A DNA stretch of 64,000 bases, filler included, from Sanchytrium tribonematis (Eukaryota), in the NCBI GenBank assembly GCA_018985235.1. It is 11 parts of 11 records of this genome, joined end to end, with 100 filler letters (N's around TTAATTAATTAA, not from the genome) between each part and the next. Parts side by side here need not be neighbours in the genome. Positions count along the whole stretch, not along the records: positions 4,138 to 27,974 come from JADGIG010000075.1; 10 more parts are not named here. One strand, given 5' to 3'. The notes beneath the pieces are model-generated. The model was given only the letters and a program-made list of their open reading frames with translations, had not been told where the DNA came from and ran no database searches. The translations under genes and the position numbers were made by a program. Shown here piece by piece: positions 10,018 through 20,919 of the stretch. Position 1 is the stretch's first letter, and every line of letters begins with the position of its first letter.

Positions 10018-12489
10018 ATGTTACTGAGCGAAGATTTGATATTAATTAAAAATTGGATTGGCATCGTGGAAAATACACCATACTCCAGTGATGAAGATGA
10101 TGATGAAAGTGACAATGAAGATTGGGAAGATGATATAAGTTGCAAAAATATTCCATTAACGAAAAAAAGTAAACTGCAACCATACACTGTAGGCTGGCTT
10201 AGCCATAGAGCTTACCCGAAGACGTCTCATTCAGAAAATGACGTTCAACTACTAGATCGTGCGGTTTGCAAAGGCGATGTGGTGCAATACCAGAATCAGC
10301 TTGGCACGGTCCTGGATGTTCATTGCTTCTATGATGTTATGGACCATATGTGCTGGTTAGATCCAGAAAATGGAAATGAATTCATTTTGAAAAATGTGCC
10401 CTCCTCGGCGCTTTACAGAGATCATGAGTATTTGTTAAATGAGAATATATTCCTCGGAGATTACATGGGTACGTTAGAAGATTTATCAATGGATTGTATT
10501 GTTTGCATCAAGTATCTTGGATTCAGTTCCTTAATGCTAGTAGATGAGGATCTTTGTCAGCCAGTCGACAAGAAGTTTGATCTGAAATTTTCTACTACTC
10601 TTCCATCTCACGATAGGAGAATCGAAGTTGAATTTAAACATGGCTATAATCACTGCTACTCTAATTCATATTTGAATGAAGCTACCACTCCAGGTACATT
10701 TTTTGAATTACAGCCAATTTTAAATGCGGTAAAAAATAATAATTCTCGAGTTAAATTTCTTGATGAACGGCTGAAAAGCAAGCCGGTGCCCAAATGGATG
10801 ACTGAATTTGATAGCGAAGATTCTAGCGTCCAAGTAATCTGTTTGGGCTTGAAACCCAGGTTGGCTGAAGTAGAATGGGTTTTGAAAAATCCATTTTCCG
10901 TCGAAAATAGCTACAACCCTCCAGAGACTCAGCTTAATCTAGAAAATGAAATTGTTCATCAAAAGATTGTACCTTTAATACCTCTAAATCTTAGAAAGAA
11001 TTTTTTACCAGGAACTTATTGCAGAAAAGATAATGTTTACTATGAGGTCATAAATGTGAGAAGCTATGTTGACATTGAATTACAATCTAGTAAAATTGTC
11101 AAAGCGGTTAAGAGCACGGAAATTAAACCTACTTTATTCGTAAATGATGAAGACTACCTACCTTCAGATTTTGTAAAAAACAAAAATGATCCTGATTCAT
11201 TGGGAATTGTTATTGAGGCAAATGAAAAAGAAAGAGTGTGCCGAATCAGATGGTTTGAGGACGGTTACAATTTTGGAAAATTATTACCCGATATTCAAGA
11301 GATTAGTCTCTTTGATTGCAAGGATGGAGAAATACCTTTCATGATTACCTCTGGATGTTTCTTGAATCCCAACAATATTCCTGATAGCATCTGTAAAGAT
11401 TTAAAGTTACTTTGGTTCGGTGAAATCAATAATATTAGCAAAACTTCAGGCGCGTTAACGATTAAATTTCATAATGGCACAGAGCATATATTCGAACCAA
11501 ACGAAGTTGTTCCATTTATACCCGAACTTTTGGATTACTTTCGTAACGAAAACGAGGAATCTGAAGAAGATAACGAGGAGGATGAGTGGGAAACAGATGA
11601 AGAAATTGATGTAGACCCTTCAAAAAAATCTAGTCGAAACTCAAAAAATACCTCCAGATCTCAATCCAAAACAGTTTCACGATCTGAATCCGCTCAGGTA
11701 ATTCTGAGCCAAGAGTTGTTTCTTGACAATAGAGATTCAGAGAATCGTGTCTTGTTCGACGAGGACCCACCAACAGATCATCACTTCTTGAATAGCAGTC
11801 ATAAACACACTAAAAAATTGCTGAAAAGATACCAACACGAAATGCAATTATTAAAGTCAAATTTGGCCCCAGGAATTATAGTCAAATGCTACGAGTCTCG
11901 TATTGATTTGTATCGATGTATGATTATTGGGCCTCAGGAAACACCTTATGAAGACACATGCTTTTTCTTCGATGTGTATTTGGATGAAAGTTATCCATCT
12001 CAACCACCAATGGTCCATTACAGAAGTTTTTCAGATGGAAAACAATTAAATCCGAATTTATTTGATGAAGGGAAAGTTTGCATTAGTCTGCTAGGAACTA
12101 CAACCGGTGAAAATTTTGAAATGTGGAACGAGAAACAGTCATCTTTGTTACAACTATTTGTATCCATACAAGCGCTGATTCTGACAAAAGATCCTTTTTG
12201 GAATGAGCCACTCCATTGGCGACTTAAAGACTCTGCTGAAGGTGATCGTTCAAAGACATTGTATTTTGAGCGGACTGTAATCGGGTGTCTTATAAGTATA
12301 TCGAATATATTGAAAAATCCAATTGCAGGATTTGAAAAAGAAATCAAGCATCATTTTATTGAGCTAAAAGCGTTGAGCAAAACTCTTACAAGAGTAGAGC
12401 AATACCTTTCAAATGACCTCCCCAAGGGTTACAAATTATCACTCGAAAAAATCAAAAAAGATTTACTACTATTATCGGAAAAAGAATAA
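10018..12489 (+). CDS. UBE2O/BIRC6-type E2/E3 hybrid ubiquitin-conjugating enzyme
   Basis: C-terminal UBC domain (IIGPQETPYED..FFFD, LNPNLFDEGKVCISLLGT with catalytic Cys, LFVSIQAL); UBE2O-like N-terminus (LLDR..GDVV). Confidence 0.9.
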   Translation: MLLSEDLILIKNWIGIVENTPYSSDEDDDESDNEDWEDDISCKNIPLTKKSKLQPYTVGWLSHRAYPKTSHSENDVQLLDRAVCKGDVVQYQNQLGTVLDVHCFYDVMDHMCWLDPENGNEFILKNVPSSALYRDHEYLLNENIFLGDYMGTLEDLSMDCIVCIKYLGFSSLMLVDEDLCQPVDKKFDLKFSTTLPSHDRRIEVEFKHGYNHCYSNSYLNEATTPGTFFELQPILNAVKNNNSRVKFLDERLKSKPVPKWMTEFDSEDSSVQVICLGLKPRLAEVEWVLKNPFSVENSYNPPETQLNLENEIVHQKIVPLIPLNLRKNFLPGTYCRKDNVYYEVINVRSYVDIELQSSKIVKAVKSTEIKPTLFVNDEDYLPSDFVKNKNDPDSLGIVIEANEKERVCRIRWFEDGYNFGKLLPDIQEISLFDCKDGEIPFMITSGCFLNPNNIPDSICKDLKLLWFGEINNISKTSGALTIKFHNGTEHIFEPNEVVPFIPELLDYFRNENEESEEDNEEDEWETDEEIDVDPSKKSSRNSKNTSRSQSKTVSRSESAQVILSQELFLDNRDSENRVLFDEDPPTDHHFLNSSHKHTKKLLKRYQHEMQLLKSNLAPGIIVKCYESRIDLYRCMIIGPQETPYEDTCFFFDVYLDESYPSQPPMVHYRSFSDGKQLNPNLFDEGKVCISLLGTTTGENFEMWNEKQSSLLQLFVSIQALILTKDPFWNEPLHWRLKDSAEGDRSKTLYFERTVIGCLISISNILKNPIAGFEKEIKHHFIELKALSKTLTRVEQYLSNDLPKGYKLSLEKIKKDLLLLSEKE

Positions 12490-12500
12490 ATATTAGATTT

Positions 12501-13886
12501 CTAAGCAGCTGAGGGAAGCATACATGCAGATAGATTGTAATTTCCTCTATTTAAGCAATTTCTCATTACTAGTGATGCAAGCCATTGCTCGACGTTCTGA
12601 CGAGTATCATTTTGTCTACTAGCTTTTTCTAACCAATATATTGCAATTTCGTAATCAATTTCAACCCCATTTCCTCTTTCATAACAAAAAGCCAAATTAA
12701 TTTGGGCTGTTCCTAAACCTTGCTCTGATGCAATCAGATACCAAAATACTCCAACTTTTTCATCTTTCAAGATCCCACCAATTCCATTTGAGTAGTAATA
12801 GCCGAGCTTGTTTTGTGCTCCTGAATGTCCCTGCATTGCAGCCTTGTGATAATATTCCAACGCTAAATCCATGTTCTGCTCGCAGCCATAACCCATGGAA
12901 TATAAATATCCAAGATTATGACAACCCCAAGCATTGCCCGCGTTTGCTGCTTTCTTGTAGTATGATTCAGCAATGGCGTAGTCTCTGTCAACTCCATGAC
13001 CTTCTTCATACATGTATCCCAAAGAATTGCAAGCAAGAGCATTGCCTCTTCTTGCTGCTTCTTTATACCAAAAAATGGCTTCTTTTACATTTTTCTTTCC
13101 AGCAATTCCTTCTTCCATGTAATACCCTATATTGTACATAGCAACTGTCTCTTCTTTCTCAGCAGCACGTGTGTAGTAATGCAATGCTTTTTGGACGTTC
13201 TTCTCCAATCCTACAGCTTCTCCGTAACAGTATCCCAAAATGCCTTCACCTCGAGGATGCTCCGCATTTGCAGATAACATATACCAATTAACTGCTATAG
13301 TTTCGTCTTTTGAAAAAAATATTCCATCATGATAGAAAGTTCCAAGAACATATTGAGCTGATGGTTCGCAGTGGTCTTCTGCAGCTCCCACAATCCATTC
13401 CACAGTTTCATTGCCAGCTAATTTTGTATAGGCAAGGTATTTTTCAGAGAGTACTCTGCTCATTTTTACTTGAGGTCTTCCATATCGGTATAATGAGCAC
13501 AATCTTGCCATACCCAGCCCATGGCCACGATTAGCTGCTTTTTTGTAATAAGATTCTGCTCTTGGGTAACTCAATTTGGTACCAATACCAAATTCGCATA
13601 AAAAACCAGTAATGGCAGTGGCCTCTAAATGATTTTCACGAGATGCTGCTTTCATATAGGCGAATCCTCGTTTCAAATTCTTGTTGGTCGAATCAAATAA
13701 ATAAATATTCGCTAGTGCAAACAATTCTTCGGCATTATAGTCAAATATGTCATCATAAGTTGTATTAGGATAATAAGATAAGATTACTCGTTTAGAAAAT
13801 ATCCTTTGAATTTTCATGATCTTTAAAAGTACAGAACTTGTTTTAAAAGGCAAATTATTAGAGTTGACCCAATCATATCTATCCAA
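12501..13886 (-). CDS. Sel1-repeat protein (start codon uncertain)
   Basis: About 9 Sel1 repeats of the A...LG..Y..G.GV..D...A..WY..AA type. Confidence 0.9.
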   Translation of the reverse strand: MDRYDWVNSNNLPFKTSSVLLKIMKIQRIFSKRVILSYYPNTTYDDIFDYNAEELFALANIYLFDSTNKNLKRGFAYMKAASRENHLEATAITGFLCEFGIGTKLSYPRAESYYKKAANRGHGLGMARLCSLYRYGRPQVKMSRVLSEKYLAYTKLAGNETVEWIVGAAEDHCEPSAQYVLGTFYHDGIFFSKDETIAVNWYMLSANAEHPRGEGILGYCYGEAVGLEKNVQKALHYYTRAAEKEETVAMYNIGYYMEEGIAGKKNVKEAIFWYKEAARRGNALACNSLGYMYEEGHGVDRDYAIAESYYKKAANAGNAWGCHNLGYLYSMGYGCEQNMDLALEYYHKAAMQGHSGAQNKLGYYYSNGIGGILKDEKVGVFWYLIASEQGLGTAQINLAFCYERGNGVEIDYEIAIYWLEKASRQNDTRQNVEQWLASLVMRNCLNRGNYNLSACMLPSAA

Positions 13887-14016
13887 TCACATCTGCATTG
13901 AATCCACTTGTAAATTCACGCCATTGACATATTTTAATTCATGCTTAATTCAACTATAGCAATTCGTTATTTAAGCAGAGGGTTGACCACTTGACCCTTT
14001 AAATTTTTCTTACAAA

Positions 14017-14373
14017 ATGTCAGCATCCCATGTTGTAAGCTACTTATTAGGTTGCTCTACGGTTGGAGCCCTTGGGTATTTTTATTTAAGCGACGAATTT
14101 CAGGTGTATGCAAATTCGCTACTGAATACCTCAAAACATTTGCACTTGACAGCACACCAATTAAACGATGTAAGGAATAAAATGGACTTTATGGGAAACG
14201 CGATTGATTCACTCTCAATCACCAAAATGAGTAAACCACAAGTGCAGGAAGAGCTCAGATCTTTGAGAGATCTTGTGCATGATTACCACGTAGAATTAAA
14301 TCAATTGAATACAAAATTTAATGCAATGCAAAAAGAATTATTTTGGTTAAGCAATAAGGATAAGACCCAATAA
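14017..14373 (+). CDS. Small protein with N-terminal hydrophobic segment and coiled coil
   Basis: 118-aa ORF with AAAATG start that fills the intergenic space. Confidence 0.6.
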   Translation: MSASHVVSYLLGCSTVGALGYFYLSDEFQVYANSLLNTSKHLHLTAHQLNDVRNKMDFMGNAIDSLSITKMSKPQVQEELRSLRDLVHDYHVELNQLNTKFNAMQKELFWLSNKDKTQ

Positions 14374-14375
14374 AT

Positions 14376-15023
14376 TTATTCTTCCATTAGTTTTAGATCA
14401 AACTTTTGAACTTTTATGGGATGGTCAAGTTGTAATTTTTGATGTTTAAAAACAAGTCCACATGAAATTTTGTCGCCGTCTTTAACTGGTCCAACACCAC
14501 TTGGTGTGCCTGTTAAAATGACATCTTTCTTTTCCAAGGTCATGAACTGTGTGATATATTCTAATAATTCTGCACAAGAAAAAATTTGATCATTGGTATT
14601 TCCATCTTGCCTTATTTCCCCATTCACCCTTAGCCATAAATCAACATTGTCGGGATCAATTCCTTCTATAGTTTCTGATAAAGGGCAAAAAGTGTCGAGA
14701 CCCTTTGCCAATGTCCAAGGCAACTTGTTTTTAACAGCATGATTTTGGACATCTCGAAGTGTAAAATCAATTGCAACACCAAATTTGGAAGTTTTAAGAA
14801 CTTCTGAAGCTTGTTCTCTAGAGAGCTTACACAATTTTTGCTGAACGTGTATTGCTAGCTCGCATTCGTAATGTAGAGTGTGTCCAGCTGGCGCAATAAC
14901 AGTTTCGTTATTTGCAATAATACTGCTTTCAGGTTTTAAAAAGAAAAAGGGTATTTTCGGAATGGGATGGTTTAGCTCCATTGCATGCTTTTTGAAATTT
15001 CTACCAATAGCAACAATTTTCAT
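14376..15023 (-). CDS. Fumarylacetoacetate hydrolase family protein (FAHD1-like)
   Basis: KIVAIGRNF..H, FFLKP, LHYECEL, DFTLRDVQ, PWTLAKGLDTFCP, ILTGTPSGVG. Confidence 0.95.
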   Translation of the reverse strand: MKIVAIGRNFKKHAMELNHPIPKIPFFFLKPESSIIANNETVIAPAGHTLHYECELAIHVQQKLCKLSREQASEVLKTSKFGVAIDFTLRDVQNHAVKNKLPWTLAKGLDTFCPLSETIEGIDPDNVDLWLRVNGEIRQDGNTNDQIFSCAELLEYITQFMTLEKKDVILTGTPSGVGPVKDGDKISCGLVFKHQKLQLDHPIKVQKFDLKLMEE

Positions 15024-15065
15024 GACCTTGAAAGGATGATCTTGTAACGACGGAGATTGATTGCA

Positions 15066-15987
15066 ATGAGTTTCAATGGTATTTGTAGTAAAGTAGCTTT
15101 GTCTTTATGCAGTGTTTACGGTGACACCTTCAATAATTTGCCAGAATGTTATGCAAGAAATGCGGACTCGAATCACAAACTCGTTTTTAATCCTTCAACC
15201 TTGTTTTTACACATTGTTGTTTTTCTAACTGTGGCATTTATGATCTACCAAACAAATTTCAAGCAATGGGGAGCATCAAGGAAACAAATGTTGTTAATAA
15301 TGTCGCTATATCTTGTTTCCATATTCTTTGATTTGTTGTTATTGGGTCATCTCATCCCTGTTACAAATGCAGCTTTTAAGGTCTTTGTTGGATTTCAAAT
15401 TGGAGTTTGGTGCTCTTTATTTTGGTCAATATTTGTGTTAGGAATGATGCCTCTATTTAACATTGAGGATTTAAGAATTATGTCTTATATTACGACAGCT
15501 GTCATTGGATTAGTGGTTTCAGTCATCAGTATTTTGACCGCTTTTAATTCCGGGCCTTTTCGTTCAGCCACTCCAATTCTTGTATTCATATTTTTTTTAG
15601 TAGTCAATATCGTATTGGCTGCATTAACTATTTTGAGTCAAGTTTACGTCGTGTTGGCCAAAACTAATGACAGGTATTTATTAGGTATTGTGGGATTTGG
15701 TGTAGTATTTTTCTCTCTATCATTGATCTTGATGGCGGCCTCTTCGGGTGTTTGCACTGGGGCAAAACATTACGTATTCAAAATTTATATAGGTGGATGG
15801 CATTTTTTTCGCGACCGTTTTTAATCTTTTGACTCTTATGATGGTGTACAAGTACTGGGACTCTTTGAATCAACAAGAGGTGGAATTCGTCCGAGATGAT
15901 GATGACATTCAAAAGAAGAAGTCCGAATATTTTAATCACAGTGGTAGTACTAGCATGGCGAATTCACGTGAACCTCTGATGAGATAA
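15066..15987 (+). CDS. CHS7: Chitin synthase export chaperone; 2 exons (15066..15773, 15793..15987)
   Basis: SF.GIC....LSLC, P.CYARN, multiple TM helices, and C...KHY|VDGIFFAT..NLL..MMVYKYWDS after removal of a 19-nt intron. Confidence 0.9.
15774..15792 (+). other. 19-nt intron (GTATTCAAAATTTATATAG)
   Basis: Removal restores the conserved Chs7 motif KHYVDGIFFAT. Confidence 0.92.
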
Positions 15988-15998
15988 GCAATAAATAT

Positions 15999-16505
15999 TT
16001 ACTCTCTTTCAAAGGTTTTGTACAGCACGTAGGCATCTTTCGGCTCTATTTGATAATAATCTCTTACTATAGTATAACATATAAACCCATGTTTCTTGTA
16101 AAATTCTATGGCTGCTGTATTAGTGACCTGCACGTGAAGGTATATTGCTGAGACTGTTTGGAACTCTTTCTCGAAGTCAATTTTTTCAAGCATGAAATTG
16201 AGCATTCGTGAGCCCAAACCTAAATTTCTATAGTGTGTATCTACACCGATTATCATTAAGTAAACGTGAGTGCCTCCAAACGGTAGCAAAGAATTTTTTT
16301 GTATTCTACAGCACAAAGTGCCTATTAGGTTGTTTTTGAAAGTCAATCCAATTGACAGACTACCATGTTTTTCAACTACATCGGTATAAAATGATTTATG
16401 ATATCTAACTGGAAAAGTTTTGTGATTAAACATACGTAGTTTGTTGATATTAAATGGACTAAACTCAAGAATACCAAGTGACTTGAAATCAAACTCTTCA
16501 ATCAT
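15999..16505 (-). CDS. N-terminal acetyltransferase, Naa50/Nat5-like GNAT
   Basis: FPVRY...FY, YLMIIGV...YRNLGLGS, IYLHVQVTN..AI.FY.KHGF, YY.IEP.DA. Confidence 0.88.
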   Translation of the reverse strand: MIEEFDFKSLGILEFSPFNINKLRMFNHKTFPVRYHKSFYTDVVEKHGSLSIGLTFKNNLIGTLCCRIQKNSLLPFGGTHVYLMIIGVDTHYRNLGLGSRMLNFMLEKIDFEKEFQTVSAIYLHVQVTNTAAIEFYKKHGFICYTIVRDYYQIEPKDAYVLYKTFERE

Positions 16506-16588
16506 AAATCTGAGTTTCAGATTGTTGCACCAATCGATTTGAATTTAAAGATATTTAGCAATAGTGACTTGTTTATAGCTTATTTAAA

Positions 16589-17266
16589 ATGAATAATTGC
16601 CCATACTTTTTTGAGAAAATGTTAACCCTCGAAACAATTTATATGTTTGACAATGCGGAATCTCAATCAATTTTTCAAAGAACATTCAAAAAAACAAATA
16701 TTTCAAAAGATGTGGAATTAAATAATGCAATTAACAAAGATTCAGAAGATTATTTAAATGGCTTGACCGATTATCAAATATTACAATTGAAAAAAGAAAT
16801 GCAAGGAATGATCAGTGACGATTTAAACAAAAAACTCTCAGATAACACTAAAAAATCGGAAGAAACAAAAGAAAATATAGTTATAGATCAAGAGAAACTG
16901 GATGTCGTCAAAGAAAAATATAAATCATTTTGGGAAAAGCCCACTAAGTCTAATCCTTTTCTTGAGAGCTTTGATCTACCTACCATATACACTGAGGACC
17001 AATTGTTGACTGCAATATCATCCAATGAACCAACCTTAATAGCACATTCTTTAGGAGAGCTAATCAGTATCGGAGTGACAAATTGGGATGTTTTGACTAG
17101 TCGACTTTTGCCGCTGCTTGTTCACCGAAGTAAGATGGTCCGATTCAGGGCTTACGATATTCTTTATATTTACGAAAGTTTGCCTGTTATGATTATTGAA
17201 TTACTTCAGAAGAGTACGATAGACGGCCACCTCACAAAAGAAATTCTTGCCGAATTGCAAAGTTGA
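16589..17266 (+). CDS. Hypothetical protein
   Basis: 225-aa ORF; no family recognised. Confidence 0.55.
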   Translation: MNNCPYFFEKMLTLETIYMFDNAESQSIFQRTFKKTNISKDVELNNAINKDSEDYLNGLTDYQILQLKKEMQGMISDDLNKKLSDNTKKSEETKENIVIDQEKLDVVKEKYKSFWEKPTKSNPFLESFDLPTIYTEDQLLTAISSNEPTLIAHSLGELISIGVTNWDVLTSRLLPLLVHRSKMVRFRAYDILYIYESLPVMIIELLQKSTIDGHLTKEILAELQS

Positions 17267-17346
17267 ATATTGCATACCTATATGCGAAATTTCCAAAATA
17301 AACCCTATATGGTTTCTAAGATCGTATCGTTTATCGATATCAAAGT

Positions 17347-17892
17347 TTACTCAAAATCGTAAATTGACTTTTTTTCACCATGTTTCTTCTTTTCTCTGTG
17401 AGTGTTCAAATGACTGATTGATTCATAACTTTTATCACAACCAGGGAAATCACAATCGTAGATTCTCTCAATCTCTGTAAATTTTCTTCGGTGTCTCTTT
17501 GAAAAGTCGGTTCGATGCTTATATTTGGGCTGTTGCAATTGCTGCATATTTAAGTCGACAACATCTGTGTACTGATATATCGGGGACGGAATGAAGTTCA
17601 TATATTGGGTGTCGGGTGAAGCATAGTAATATTGTGGTGACGCATTCATGTCGGTGATGTTCGGAGTAGGGTAAGCATTGGGGACGTCAATGTTATTATA
17701 TAGGATGTTCGGTGAGATGATTGTGGTTTGATACTGCTGTTCTGCTTCTTGAGGCTTTGGACAGGGAGAATTAACGATAGCATCCTCAAAATTTTCAGGG
17801 ATGTCATTACATATAATTTCTAATCCAGCCAGATCCATATAATTGGAATACATTTGGTTGAGGGAAGTCATAGACTCAGGGACGCGCGTCAT
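17347..17892 (-). CDS. C2H2 zinc-finger protein
   Basis: RRKF.EIERIYDCDFPGCDKSY....HLNTH...KKHG (fungal C2H2 type) after a low-complexity N-terminus. Confidence 0.85.
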   Translation of the reverse strand: MTRVPESMTSLNQMYSNYMDLAGLEIICNDIPENFEDAIVNSPCPKPQEAEQQYQTTIISPNILYNNIDVPNAYPTPNITDMNASPQYYYASPDTQYMNFIPSPIYQYTDVVDLNMQQLQQPKYKHRTDFSKRHRRKFTEIERIYDCDFPGCDKSYESISHLNTHREKKKHGEKKSIYDFE

Positions 17893-17987
17893 GTTTTAAT
17901 ATCTCGAGTCCCGAATTGAATTCGGATAAAATTCGGAAAAGCATCATGTGATCCCGATGCAGCCAAACTTTTACTTGAAAATATGTT

Positions 17988-20405
17988 TTATTGAAAACTC
18001 AATCCTTTTCTGACAGCACAAACTGAGTCAACAATGACTGCATCGATCCCATGTTTAGTTTGAAGTTTGGAATAGACTAAATCATTGTTCTTTTTTCCAT
18101 AAGAAAATAAAAGCAGACCAGTTGATTTGACCTCCTTAATTAGCTTTGGGGAGATAATTAAGGGTTCATTAAACGTAACGATGCCCATAAGCCCTAATGT
18201 TTTAGCAAAACGAACAGCTGCCTGCAGACTATTTAAGCGTATATCTTGAAAATTTGTAAAGCCAGAGTCAGTTAAAAAGAATATTGGAAAATGAGGTTGC
18301 TTCATATTTAACATTGTACAAACCTCAGGATGAAAAGATGAAAATATAACTGGCCTTGTCTTGCAGTGCTCATATACGCATGTTAGTACTGAATCAATGA
18401 ATGAATTTAAGTCAGTGCAAAATATGCCTTCCTCCATAACTTCGTCATGGTTAGGATATTTCACTTCTATGTTAAAGCCAACATGAGATGGCACCATTTT
18501 GAAAGCATCTTCCAAAGTCCCAAAAGGTGTTTTTATGACTGTATTTAAAAATGCTTTATGCTTTTCTTTAGGAGTTCTTGTCGCTTTCCTACCCTTGACT
18601 TTCTCCATCACCTCAAAACTTTTAGATTTTAAAGATTGTGAGTACTCATCATCACTTGCATAGCCTTCTTCGTTCGAAATAAGTGTTTGAAATTCAGCTT
18701 TTGTAAGTCCATTTATAGGAATTTTTACTCCAGTTTCTTTGACGATAAAATCATGATATATAACTGGAACTAAATCTTTTGTTACTTGCACATCAAACTC
18801 AATGTATTCAGCCCCTAGATTTGCGGCTGTCACAAAGCTTAATATGGTATTTTCTGCAACATGTAATCCTTTTCTCGCCTTGTCAGCTCCGTTTCCACGA
18901 TGGCCAATGATTCGAACTTTCAATTCTTTCCAATAAGAATTCTGAAAATCGTGTATGCTTGGATGAATAAATGGATTTATAACTACTACTTGAACAGTTA
19001 TTAAACCAACTGCACGATCATTTTTGAATAATGGTATTTGAGTCGTCATTCTAGGTGCATTATATATAACATGTTTGTTAATAAATAATGATGATAAAAA
19101 CAAAGCACCAACACCAATGCATTTGTCTGAGAATATTTTAAATTCAACTCTTTGATCCGCTGGATTGAGGCAGGTAAACGAAAGAGGATCAATTGTGTGT
19201 TTATCTTGTATTGGCAACGCAACAAATTCAACTTGTTCATTAATTGAAATTTGCATTTGCAGAGCCAAATCAAACGCATTCGAATCAAAAAAAACAACAG
19301 GATCAGATTTGTCTTTTTTATCAACAGTCCCCACAATAATCTGGACAACAGAATGTTCTTTTAAAAAAGGGTGTCCATAAGATCTGTGTATTTTGCAAGA
19401 CTTTTTTTCCAGAGCCATACTTTTGGGTGATAACATTGTATTTGGACTTGTTGTCGAACTGGAGTCACTGTCCGCGTCTTCTACTTCTGGATGGAAAGAA
19501 TCTTTTATCAAATTGCAAATTTCCGTAAAGCCGCGAAATGAGGCATGTTCGAGTGCTGTCCAATTAAACGGCCCCGCCATATTTAGTTTGACCTCTTTTT
19601 TCAATAACATTTTAGCGCACTGTATTGAATTTTCTTTTGCAGCGATCATTAATGGAGAATAATCCTTGTAAATTTGATTCACATTACAGTAAGGTAACGC
19701 CAAATTTAATATTTCTGGTTTATCATATAGGCAGCATGAGTGCAAAAAACTCGGTGGAAACATGCTAGGTTTAAATTTTGGCTGACTGATTAAGCTTTTT
19801 AAAATTAAAGACTTTCCCAATTTGATTATTGCTTCCCAAGAGTCTTCCTCAATCACAAAGTGAGCATCGAGAAATTTTAGAAATAGATCGACATTGCCTT
19901 GCTGGACCGAATAGAATATTGGAAAGTGGCCCAATCTGTCTTTTGTATTCCAGCCGTCTCCCAATTCTAAACGCTGATCAGAAAGCAATCCATTATAGTG
20001 ATATCTTGTACGATTTAGGCGGTCAATTTCATTGCGATTGAAGAATTCAGACAGTGATGTTGGATTGGTATTAAATTCCATAGATCTGAACCATATAAAA
20101 CTTTCAACAAAATATCTAAGTTTTGCGGTCGAGTCGTTATCGATCTTGTACAAAATTTTGGCGATTGCCTGTCTGGTCAAACAGATGAATAATTTGAAGT
20201 TTTTTTGATATACAGGGTCGCATATAAATGGATAAATATGTAATTGAGACAGGATAAATGAATCCACTCTTGCTATCTCTTCTTCAAGCTTGTCGAGAGT
20301 CATTTTTTCGCTCAATTTCATCAAATGCTTTAATTCTTCATAGTCCACTGCAAACAATTGAAATTCAGTAGGAATTCGCAGCAGATACGTTCTACCAAAT
20401 TTCAT
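17988..20405 (-). CDS. GDE1: Glycerophosphocholine phosphodiesterase (SPX-ankyrin-GDPD)
   Basis: MKFG...DY..LK (SPX), ankyrin repeats, IIGHRG.G, ENT..SF..A, EFDVQ.TKD..PVIYHD, FNIEVKYP. Confidence 0.93.
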   Translation of the reverse strand: MKFGRTYLLRIPTEFQLFAVDYEELKHLMKLSEKMTLDKLEEEIARVDSFILSQLHIYPFICDPVYQKNFKLFICLTRQAIAKILYKIDNDSTAKLRYFVESFIWFRSMEFNTNPTSLSEFFNRNEIDRLNRTRYHYNGLLSDQRLELGDGWNTKDRLGHFPIFYSVQQGNVDLFLKFLDAHFVIEEDSWEAIIKLGKSLILKSLISQPKFKPSMFPPSFLHSCCLYDKPEILNLALPYCNVNQIYKDYSPLMIAAKENSIQCAKMLLKKEVKLNMAGPFNWTALEHASFRGFTEICNLIKDSFHPEVEDADSDSSSTTSPNTMLSPKSMALEKKSCKIHRSYGHPFLKEHSVVQIIVGTVDKKDKSDPVVFFDSNAFDLALQMQISINEQVEFVALPIQDKHTIDPLSFTCLNPADQRVEFKIFSDKCIGVGALFLSSLFINKHVIYNAPRMTTQIPLFKNDRAVGLITVQVVVINPFIHPSIHDFQNSYWKELKVRIIGHRGNGADKARKGLHVAENTILSFVTAANLGAEYIEFDVQVTKDLVPVIYHDFIVKETGVKIPINGLTKAEFQTLISNEEGYASDDEYSQSLKSKSFEVMEKVKGRKATRTPKEKHKAFLNTVIKTPFGTLEDAFKMVPSHVGFNIEVKYPNHDEVMEEGIFCTDLNSFIDSVLTCVYEHCKTRPVIFSSFHPEVCTMLNMKQPHFPIFFLTDSGFTNFQDIRLNSLQAAVRFAKTLGLMGIVTFNEPLIISPKLIKEVKSTGLLLFSYGKKNNDLVYSKLQTKHGIDAVIVDSVCAVRKGLSFQ

Positions 20406-20506
20406 GTTTGAGATGTCGCAATCAGGAAATTTTGGATCTTGTGACTTAAAACAGTTAAATTTATTTCAAATTTGACAGATCACTTTTCTTTACAGGCGAT
20501 AAAACC

Positions 20507-20824
20507 TCATTTATCAATTATTTTTGATTCTTCTGAGCGTGCCTTAATTCGCTCTCTTAAAAGTTGCCTTGCAATTGCAAGATTTTGGCTTTGCGACCTT
20601 GTCGAGTGACATTTAATATTGATATCATCATAAATCAATTGCACACAATTATTTCTTTTGTTTACATTTTGACCACCAGGTCCACTGCCTTTGATAAAAT
20701 TAACAACTAACTTGTCCTGATTAATTACTTCTGCATCTTTTTTTATACTTGTACCCAAGTGAAGTCTGTTGAACATTTTAAGTTTAGTCCATTTAAATTT
20801 TTTAAATAAAATTGATGATAGCAT
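20507..20824 (-). CDS. Mitochondrial RF-1-domain peptidyl-tRNA hydrolase (C12orf65/Pth3-like)
   Basis: FIKGSGPGGQNVNK..NCVQL, KCH.TRSQ.QN...AR. Confidence 0.88.
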   Translation of the reverse strand: MLSSILFKKFKWTKLKMFNRLHLGTSIKKDAEVINQDKLVVNFIKGSGPGGQNVNKRNNCVQLIYDDINIKCHSTRSQSQNLAIARQLLRERIKARSEESKIIDK

Positions 20825-20919
20825 GTGTTTTATCCGTTATAATTTAAATTTTATGAATTTGTAAGGCTTAAATAAGTAGAAATATGATGTTCGGATTCGA
20901 TTTATTTATACACAAAAAT

